Source: Sinorhizobium meliloti (lineage in GTDB: Bacteria; Pseudomonadota; Alphaproteobacteria; Rhizobiales; Rhizobiaceae). Taken from it: a stretch of DNA of 32,000 nt. Below the pieces are notes generated by a model that saw nothing but the letters and a program-made list of their open reading frames with translations, was not told the origin of the DNA and made no database searches. Both the position numbers and the translations under genes were made by a program. The stretch is from contig NZ_JAGIOS010000003.1 of NCBI RefSeq assembly GCF_017876815.1, forward strand, positions 1,470,001-1,502,000, written 5' to 3'. Below are positions 25,084-32,000 of this stretch, piece after piece (the stretch's first letter is position 1; every line of letters begins with the position of its first letter).

Positions 25084-25868
25084 GGATGGTCCTCCGGCGC
25101 TATAGGGCGCGTGCCACTTTGATTGTGTGATCGTGCCTGTCTGACGATCTCGCCGATACGGCCCCGGCTGGCCCGACCATCGACTGCCTCCTGTATCTTG
25201 CGAATGCTGAGAACAGTGGATGTTGCGAGCGTCTCGATTTCCTCGACCAGACGGGAGCTAAGCCTTGGCCGGCCGAGATGCTTGCCGCGCGATCGGGCCG
25301 CCTGCATTCCGGCGGTGACGCGCTCGCTGATCAGGGATGATTCCAGTTCGGCCATGGCGCCGATGATAGTGAACATCGCCCGTCCCATGGGACTTGCGGT
25401 ATCGATCTGGTCCTGCAGGCTGATGAAGCGCACGCCGAGATGGTCGAATTCCTCGAGCGCCGTCAGGAGATGGCGGGTAGAGCGGGCGAAACGGTCGAAC
25501 TTCCAGACCAGAACGCAATCGAGTTCACGGTTCCTGGCGCGGGTCATCAGGGCGTTGAGCTTGGGGCGTCCTTCGCGGCGGCCGGAAACGGCGATGTCAC
25601 AATATTCCCCGACGATGGTGAGGCCGGCGCGCTCGGCATAAGCACGCAGTCCGTCATATTGCAGGTCCGGTTTCTGGTCGGGCGTGGAAACGCGCAGATA
25701 GAGCGCCGCATGGTTTTTCTGCGGTGTGGATGTTGGGCTACGCCGTCCTTTAATGTATTCCTTTCCGGACGGCGGATCGCTATGTCCCGAAGCCTTTATT
25801 TTGCGCACTTTTTTCCATCCCTTCGGCAGACCCTTTTCTGGACATCTTATGACAGCGATCGACCGCAC
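25080..25868 (-). CDS. tnpR: serine recombinase / resolvase; start codon uncertain
   Basis: Catalytic N-terminus AALYLRVSTPDQ, then DRFARS, MFTIIGAMAELES and a C-terminal HTH. There is no in-frame ATG/GTG/TTG within about 35 codons upstream of the catalytic region. Candidates are GTG 25808 or GTG 25868; the latter overlaps tnpA. Confidence 0.8.
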   Translation of the reverse strand: MRSIAVIRCPEKGLPKGWKKVRKIKASGHSDPPSGKEYIKGRRSPTSTPQKNHAALYLRVSTPDQKPDLQYDGLRAYAERAGLTIVGEYCDIAVSGRREGRPKLNALMTRARNRELDCVLVWKFDRFARSTRHLLTALEEFDHLGVRFISLQDQIDTASPMGRAMFTIIGAMAELESSLISERVTAGMQAARSRGKHLGRPRLSSRLVEEIETLATSTVLSIRKIQEAVDGRASRGRIGEIVRQARSHNQSGTRPIAPEDHP

Positions 25869-28821
25869 GGCCTACCCACGTTCTGCAGAGCGCCTCACCC
25901 GGCAGGAACTGGAGCACCGGTACAGCCTGAGCGAAGCCGATTTTGTCTTCATTGGTGGCAAGGCGCGTGGCCCTTCCGGTCGTCTGGCGTTGGCAGTTTT
26001 GCTGAAGGCTCGCCAGGATCTCGGTTTCTTTGCGTCGCCGGCCGACCTCCACGCAGAAACGATCGCACATTTGGCGACACAACTCGGTTTGACCGAGCCG
26101 CTGGCCTGCGTTGTTGAAGGCACCGGAGACAAGACGCTCTACCGGTATCGGATGGCGGTCCGGACCTTTCTCGATATCGTGGCCTACGACGAGGGGGGCG
26201 AGGATCTGTTGACGGCCGTTATCACGGAAGCGGCGTCGACGATGAGCGACCCGGCCGACCTGATCAATCTGGCGATCGAGGTTCTGGGCAAGGCATCGAT
26301 CGATCTGCCGGCATTCAGCACATTGGATCGGCTCGCCAATCACCTGCGCACAAAGGTTCATACGACGATCTACGCCCGGACCGCGGAGCGTCTGGGCGAG
26401 GAAGATGCCACCTTGCTGGATGGGCTGCTGGTCGTTGCGCCCGGGGCGGTGACAACCAGCTTCAACCGTCTCAAGCACGCCCCAGGTCCCGCGCGCCCCG
26501 AAACCATCAAGCTTTGGACGGAACGGCTTGGATGGCTGACCGGCATGCTCGATCCCGATCCTCTCCTTCAGGACATAACCCACACCAAGCGCCGTCAGTT
26601 TGCCGCCGAAGCCCGCAGCATGGAGGTGAGTGATCTTCTGGACATCAGCCGACCTGGCAAGCGTCACACTCTTCTTCTCTGTCTGATCCAGCAGGCCCGC
26701 GCGCAGTGTCGCGACGAACTGATCGAGATGCTGCTGCGCCGGGTGCGCAAAACCCAGAACGCCGCCAGGGAAAAGCTCAAGGCCCTGCAGGACCAGCACC
26801 GGGAGATCGAGGAGAAACTGATCACGGTGTTGGGACAGGTGCTGGAGAACGCCAGGCAGAGCGAAAACGACACGGAAGTTGGCCGTCGAATCAGGGCCGT
26901 ATTGGCGGAACGCGGCGGCCTCGATGCTTTGTCGGAGCAATGCGAGACTGTCTCGGCCTTTCACCACAACAACGACCTGCCGCTCTTGTGGTCGATCCAT
27001 GCCAAGGTCCGTGCCCTGCTGTTCAGGCTGCTCGACCTCATGGACATCCGTTCGACGACGCAGGACCTCAGCCTGCTGGAAGCGCTGAGCATCGTCATCG
27101 ATAACAGGAGCGCTCGCCGCGACGAACTGGCCTATGACATCGATCTGTCGTTCGCCTCGCAGCGATGGCAAAGCTTTGTGGTGAGACGGCGCAAGACGGG
27201 CGTCAATCTGGATCGGCGCGCGCTTGAAGTCTGTGTGTTCGTCCATCTGGCCGATGCGCTGCAAGCCGGCGATCTCTTTGTCGTCGGGGCCGAGACCTTC
27301 GATGATTACCGCACCCAGCTCCTGTCCTGGTCGGACTGCGCGGCACGCCTGGCCGACTATTGCACCGACCTTGGACTGCCGCGCTCCGGGGAGGAGTTTG
27401 CCACGTGGATGAAGGAGCAGCTGATGGCAGCAGCCACCGCGGTGGACGCAGGCTTTCCGGAAAATACGGAATTGAGCATCGACGCAGTCGGCGTGCCGCG
27501 CCTGAAACAACAGAAGGCATCCAGCCGGCCAGAAGGAGGTATGGTCTTCGAAGCCGAAGTTCATGCCCGCATGCGCGAACGGCACCTGCTCGATATTCTC
27601 AAGGACAGCACCAGCTGGACGGCCTTCACCCGCCACTTCGGCCCGCCATCGGGGGCCAATCCGAAGATTGCCAGGGCGCTGCAGCGCTACATTCTCACCG
27701 TGTTCGGGTATGGCTGCAACCTCGGTCCGGTCCAGACCGCCCGTCACGCTGTCGGCATCGCCAGCGCCGATACTTTGCGCCGGCTCAATGCCCAGCATAT
27801 CGACGCGGCCAGGCTTGAGGCCGCGATGACCGATTTGATCAATGCCTATGTTCGTTTCGAACTGCCGAAGCTCTGGGGCGCCGGCCAGTCGGCGATCGCC
27901 GATGGCACGCATGTGCCGCTGCGCGAAAACAATCTCCTTGGGTCCCAGCATATCCGCTATGGCGCCTATGGTGGCATCGCTTACCACCACATCGCCGACA
28001 ATTACGTCGCGTTGTTCACCACCTTCATTCCGTGCGGGGTCTGGGAAGCCATCCATATCCTGGACGGGCTTCTGAAGAACCGCTCCACCGTTCAGCCGGA
28101 CACCCTGCACGCCGACACGCAAGGCCAGAGCGAGCCGGTCTTCGGTCTGGCGCGCCTGCTTGGGATCAAGCTGATGCCGCGCATGCGTAACTGGGGAGAT
28201 GTTACCTTCTACCGTCCCGATAAATCGATGCGGTACGATCATATCGACGCGCTCCTCACGCGTGAGATCGACTGGAGGCTGATCGCAACGCACTGGCAGG
28301 ATATGATGCAAGTGATCCTCTCCATTCAGGCGGGTCTGGTTCTGCCCTCGATGTTGCTGCGAAAACTCAGCTCGCACAACCGCAAAAACCGGCTCTACCA
28401 GGCCTTCCGGGAACTTGGCCGGGTAGAAAGGACACTGTTTCTGTTGCGCTATATCTCCGATCCGCAGGTCCGGCGCTCCATTCGCGCCGAAACGACCAAG
28501 ATCGAATCCTTCAACGACTTTCTCGACTGGATTACCTTCGGTGGCCCCGTCATCAAGAGCGGCGATCCGGTTGAGCAGGAAAAGCAGGTCAAATATGCAA
28601 GCCTTGTCGCCAACGCCATCATGCTATCCAATGTCGCCGACCTGACGGACGTGATCAACTCCATGGCTGCCGACGGTCTGCCCGTCACGCCGGAGCTGGC
28701 TGCCTCCCTAAGCCCCTATGTTCGAGCGAAAATCCGACGCTTCGGGAAATACTCCATCGACATGGAGGATATACCAAAGCCGCTCGCCCCAGTCCCTCTG
28801 CCGTTCGATATGCCCGTGTGA
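25849..28821 (+). CDS. tnpA: Tn3-family DDE transposase (990 aa)
   Basis: N-terminal DUF4158-like region (MTAIDRTAYPRSAERLTRQELEHRYSLSEADFVFI...) and C-terminal catalytic region (HADTQGQSEPVFGLARLLGIKLMPRMRNW). The stop lies inside the right IR. Confidence 0.9.
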   Translation: MTAIDRTAYPRSAERLTRQELEHRYSLSEADFVFIGGKARGPSGRLALAVLLKARQDLGFFASPADLHAETIAHLATQLGLTEPLACVVEGTGDKTLYRYRMAVRTFLDIVAYDEGGEDLLTAVITEAASTMSDPADLINLAIEVLGKASIDLPAFSTLDRLANHLRTKVHTTIYARTAERLGEEDATLLDGLLVVAPGAVTTSFNRLKHAPGPARPETIKLWTERLGWLTGMLDPDPLLQDITHTKRRQFAAEARSMEVSDLLDISRPGKRHTLLLCLIQQARAQCRDELIEMLLRRVRKTQNAAREKLKALQDQHREIEEKLITVLGQVLENARQSENDTEVGRRIRAVLAERGGLDALSEQCETVSAFHHNNDLPLLWSIHAKVRALLFRLLDLMDIRSTTQDLSLLEALSIVIDNRSARRDELAYDIDLSFASQRWQSFVVRRRKTGVNLDRRALEVCVFVHLADALQAGDLFVVGAETFDDYRTQLLSWSDCAARLADYCTDLGLPRSGEEFATWMKEQLMAAATAVDAGFPENTELSIDAVGVPRLKQQKASSRPEGGMVFEAEVHARMRERHLLDILKDSTSWTAFTRHFGPPSGANPKIARALQRYILTVFGYGCNLGPVQTARHAVGIASADTLRRLNAQHIDAARLEAAMTDLINAYVRFELPKLWGAGQSAIADGTHVPLRENNLLGSQHIRYGAYGGIAYHHIADNYVALFTTFIPCGVWEAIHILDGLLKNRSTVQPDTLHADTQGQSEPVFGLARLLGIKLMPRMRNWGDVTFYRPDKSMRYDHIDALLTREIDWRLIATHWQDMMQVILSIQAGLVLPSMLLRKLSSHNRKNRLYQAFRELGRVERTLFLLRYISDPQVRRSIRAETTKIESFNDFLDWITFGGPVIKSGDPVEQEKQVKYASLVANAIMLSNVADLTDVINSMAADGLPVTPELAASLSPYVRAKIRRFGKYSIDMEDIPKPLAPVPLPFDMPV

Positions 28822-30176
28822 CCGGTTTTTACACGTATCCTGCGCCTACCCGCACCAAGCGCGACGTCGACCAGATCCGAAAGCAACCTCTGCGCAGAGG
28901 AGATTTCCCGCCTGGGCGCTCCATCCGCAGTGCGCCACCAATCCAGCGCCAGGTCTGCTTCCGTCCTGATGCTGCTGGGATCTCCGACCTTTAGCAGTCG
29001 AGACAGGCGGTACAGATTGCGCGAGATGCTTGCGGCGGGATGATGAGATTTCAGCAGCGCCTTGAGTTGTGGTGCTTGCTCCTGCAGCGCTTGAACTTCG
29101 TCATCACTAAGGTCCCCAACTTCGATAATTTTCGGGGTGCCGAGGGATGCAAGCGCATCGTTCGCGAGCCAAACCCGCTCAGCGATCGTCCTGAAGACCG
29201 ATGATTTGCCAACGCCGGCATTGCCGCGCAGATGGATGAGCCTATGGCCATCCATTGCTTCATCGATCGCATCGACCACAACCTGCCGAGGCAAATGCAC
29301 CCCCCCGACATCTCGTCCTATGTCTGCCAGGGCGTGAGTGCTGGCCTCAGCCAGTTTCGCCCTGGCTGGCGCGAGATTCCTGTCGCCTGACAAAGAATAA
29401 TGCAGCCGGGTCAGCATTGCTTGGAGCTGTGCCTTGTCGAGCGAGCCGCCGGCTTTTCCCTGGGAGATCGCTATCTCGATTAAATTGCCCCAGAGTGCTT
29501 CTGTCCGATGCTGATCCTGCGCCGACAACACGTGACGAGCGACGAGCAGCGCGTGGTCGCGGGCCTGTGGTGCCCCAGATTCGAAATCAAATTCCAGTAT
29601 CCGGAAGCGTCGCAATAGCTTCCAGATCGTCTGATCGTCATCAGCAATGCCATTCGCAACGACATTGGCGCGGAATGTAGTCACAAAGTCCCGCATTGCT
29701 TCAGATGCGATGCCGGTGGCGGACAATCTGGCAAAAAAGTCTGCACTGTTTGCGACTGCGCGGGCCCACTCCAGAACGTCCTGATAAGGCCCCGAAATCT
29801 TGGCGCTCGTCCGTTGGGTGGCGACCGCTAGAAGATGTCGATCCTCGGCGATGTCGGGGTTACCCGCCGTCTCGGCTATTTGCTGGCAGACGGCAAGGAA
29901 AACAGGGTCTTTGCCAGAGAATGTGATCGTGCGCTTGGACTGGATCTCAAGCACCAGCGGTCCATCAGATGACGAACAGTGCAGCACTAGGTCGTCGAGC
30001 GCGTATCCGGAATCGGCGGCCTGAAACTGGATGCGATTTATCGTGCCACCGGGCGCACCACGGGCCTCGTTGCCGGCGAGCATGGCCAGCATGTAATAGG
30101 CGCCAAGTTCCCCCTCGATGTAGGTGCCGGCTCCCCCTCGAGCGGCAGGCGCTCCGGAATATCTTGCTTCGTTCAT
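28716..30176 (-). pseudogene. P-loop NTPase with an unassigned N-terminal domain, 3'-truncated by the Tn3 insertion (native part 28854-30176)
   Basis: AGAGGG SD before ATG 30176 and Walker A LRGNAGVGKSS. From 28853 downward the reading frame is translating the transposon IR (...DVALGAGRRRIRVKTGH...). Confidence 0.7.
28819..28853. repeat. Tn3-family terminal inverted repeat (right)
   Basis: TGACCGGTTTTTACACGTATCCTGCGCCTACCCGC is the reverse complement of the left IR with 2 mismatches. Confidence 0.85.
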
Positions 30177-30710
30177 AACCTGCCCTCTTTCGAGCAGATA
30201 ACTTACGAAATACTCGCGTTAGCTTCAACTTGGGTTCGGTCCAGAGCGGTCATGGTCGCCGAGAATTCAAGGGAATTCTACGCAGATCTCTAGCGTCGTG
30301 AATTCCGCTGTGATCGACGTCCGCTTCCAGGCGTCGGTGTGGTTGCTCCAACGACCGAAATGGGCGCACACCCGCCGTCCGTGCTAACGAATTTATTGTC
30401 CGCTTCGGGTTACTAAATCGCGTCGGTAGCCAAAGTGCACGGTGTTTGAAGGGAGCCGTTCTTCACGAGCGGCGAACGGCTTGTTGCTAGGATGTTCACG
30501 TTCTGGGCCAAGAAGATCGCATAATGTATCGTCAGGAACACTCGGGGCTCAACGAACCACCAAACTGGATAGTAACATAGCATTTCAGCCGGCGGGGTCC
30601 GCAGTTCGAGTCCTTTCAAGACCCAGAAGGCTCGACGAGCAGTCCACGCATCATAGCATCGGTGATGGCACCGGTTCTGATGAAGCCAACCTTCTCAGGT
30701 AGTGGCATGA

Positions 30711-31430
30711 TTACTCCGCCGCGGCTCGCGAACCAAGGGAAACGTCGGTCGTGTAGTTTTCGCGCAGGAATGCGATGAAATTGTCTTGGAACTGCCGCGT
30801 GTGGGCGTGCGCCAGTTCGTCAGCGCGCTCGACGTCCTTGGCCCTGATGGCTTCGAGCATCAGTTCGTGCTCGTCGGTCAGAAGATAACCGTCGCCGGTG
30901 CGCTCCAGGTATTCGAAATGCAGATGCAGCATGCGCTGCCCCTGGTTCAAAAGCCGCTCGTAGAACGAGGCGAGATAGGGATTCTTGCCTGCATAGGCGA
31001 TGGCCATATGAAACTGCTTGTTGGCTTCCGACATCTTCAGATGCACGTTGGTTTTCACCGCGGCCTCGAATTCCTTCTGCCGTTTGGCGATGATCTTCAG
31101 GTCCGCGTCAGTGCGTAAGGCCGCGGCAAGGCGTGTGTTCATGCGCTGGGCGACGTCGAGGGCCTCGACGTATTTCGGGAAGCTCGCCACCTCTATTGGC
31201 GCGACGATGGTGCTGCGGTTGGAGAGCGTCACCACGAGGTCTTCGCCGGCCAGCCGGATCAGCGCCTCACGCACCGGTGAGCGCGACATGTCGAAGCGTT
31301 CCGCGAGTGTGGTCTCGTCGAGCAGTTGGCCCGGCGGCAGGCTCAGCGCTAGGATCTCGCCCCGGAGCGTCTCGTAGACATTTTTCCAACCGGTGCCGCG
31401 CACCCGTTTCGATTCAAGTTCCTCAGACAC
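30711..31430 (-). CDS. GntR-family transcriptional regulator (FadR/FCD subfamily)
   Basis: N-terminal winged HTH (LPPGQLLDETTLAERFDMSRSPVREALIRLAGEDLV) and a helical FCD-type C-terminal domain. 239 aa. Confidence 0.85.
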   Translation of the reverse strand: MSEELESKRVRGTGWKNVYETLRGEILALSLPPGQLLDETTLAERFDMSRSPVREALIRLAGEDLVVTLSNRSTIVAPIEVASFPKYVEALDVAQRMNTRLAAALRTDADLKIIAKRQKEFEAAVKTNVHLKMSEANKQFHMAIAYAGKNPYLASFYERLLNQGQRMLHLHFEYLERTGDGYLLTDEHELMLEAIRAKDVERADELAHAHTRQFQDNFIAFLRENYTTDVSLGSRAAAE

Positions 31431-31627
31431 TTACGTCCCTTTTCGTCAGCGGCGGGCATTGGGCCAGAAAATCAGGCCGTCATCAATCGTAAAATTTCTG
31501 CTTGACTTTGTCGACAGCGAGACGACATATTTTTACCAGTCGACACGGAGCCGACAAAAAACGACCGCAAGAACGGCCGAAGCCGACGGGTGGAACGCGC
31601 TTACAGCGCTTAAAATGGGGAATGCAC

Positions 31628-32000
31628 ATGCTTTCAAAGATGATGACGTCCGCTCTGCGGGCGACGGCGGCGCTCGCCCTGACGTTGGGTGTTTCGACTG
31701 CGACTGCCTCGGCTCAGACGGCAGAAGGCTATTGGCAGGGCGTTCAGAAATCCGGCACGCTGCGCTGCGGCGCCGCGGTTGCCCCGCCCTATGTGATGCG
31801 TGATCCGGCCAGCGGTGAGTATTCCGGCTTCTTCGCCGATCTCTGCCGCGAATTCGCTGAAGTGCTGCAGGTGAAGCCAGAATTCGTCGATACGACTTGG
31901 GACAACATTGTCGCGGGGCTTCAGGCCGGCAAATGGGATCTCTCCCTGGCGCTGAATCGCACGCCGGCGCGCGCCATGGCGGTGCAGTTTTCGATCCCGG
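31628..32000 (+). CDS. amino-acid ABC transporter substrate-binding protein (family 3), N-terminal part; continues past the window end
   Basis: Manual translation from ATG 31628: MLSKMMTSALRATAALALTLGVSTATASAQ (signal peptide), then GTLRCGAAVAPPYVMRD...DTTWDNIVAGLQAGKWDLSLALNRTPARAMAVQFSIP. It is divergent from the GntR gene. Confidence 0.75.
   Translation, partial: MLSKMMTSALRATAALALTLGVSTATASAQTAEGYWQGVQKSGTLRCGAAVAPPYVMRDPASGEYSGFFADLCREFAEVLQVKPEFVDTTWDNIVAGLQAGKWDLSLALNRTPARAMAVQFSIP

Larger units (their letters stand above)
23675..28853. mobile_element. Tn3-family transposon (about 5.2 kb): passenger ORF, tnpR, tnpA
   Basis: Bounded by 35-bp inverted repeats (33/35 identical). The right repeat contains the tnpA stop codon, as is usual for Tn3-family elements. 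tnpR and tnpA are divergent. Confidence 0.9.

Noticed and set aside
25780-28377. 865-aa minus-strand ORF antisense to tnpA. Similar long antisense or overlapping ORFs occur in the track, e.g. 23791-25122 (+), 370-1026 (+), 1039-1773 (+), 2271-2906 (+), 7827-8729 (+), 9518-10189 (+) and 4904-5761 (+).
   Set aside because: These are shadow ORFs typical of high-GC DNA. The translations are Arg/Gly/Pro-rich and low in complexity with no recognisable motifs, and each lies opposite a gene with clear family signatures.
30590-30640. tRNA-like GTTCGAGTCC motif followed by ...ACCCA, suggesting a tRNA gene or a tRNA 3' fragment (att site).
   Set aside because: I could not fold a T-arm (the flanking 5-mers CGCAG and CTTTC are not complementary) or an acceptor stem. 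At most it is a degenerate fragment; tRNAscan or Infernal would be needed to confirm one.

Overview
High-GC alphaproteobacterial DNA that looks like a Rhizobium symbiosis plasmid or island, organised as a mosaic. (1) 1-5548, minus strand: an ordinary amidase plus peptide/opine-type ABC importer operon. (2) 5.7-7.4 kb: nested IS debris. (3) 7.6-22.4 kb: the unusual part. Four dispersed copies of a nifH promoter cassette lie here, all on the minus strand. Each carries a sigma54 -24/-12 element, the nifH Shine-Dalgarno and the first 9-32 nifH codons; three also keep a NifA UAS (TGT-N10-ACA). Each cassette is grafted onto unrelated genes. Cassette A heads an operon of a large Orn/Lys/Arg-type PLP decarboxylase, a small ORF, an ATP-grasp ligase and a C45 Ntn-hydrolase. 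Cassette C heads a chimeric NifH'-small protein, a Glu/Leu/Phe/Val dehydrogenase, a small ORF, an NAD kinase and a thioredoxin-reductase-like protein with CATS in place of CATC. Cassettes B and D head decayed genes: a panD-like fragment, and an ATP-grasp N-terminal fragment cut by an IS remnant. fixK-like and fixJ fragments are adjacent. (4) 23675-28853: a Tn3-family transposon (tnpA, tnpR, one passenger ORF, 35-bp inverted repeats) inserted into a P-loop NTPase gene. (5) 30.7-32 kb: a GntR regulator and the start of an amino-acid ABC binding-protein gene. I saw no rRNA, tRNA or CRISPR. All functional calls come from reading the translations by eye; no database search was run.
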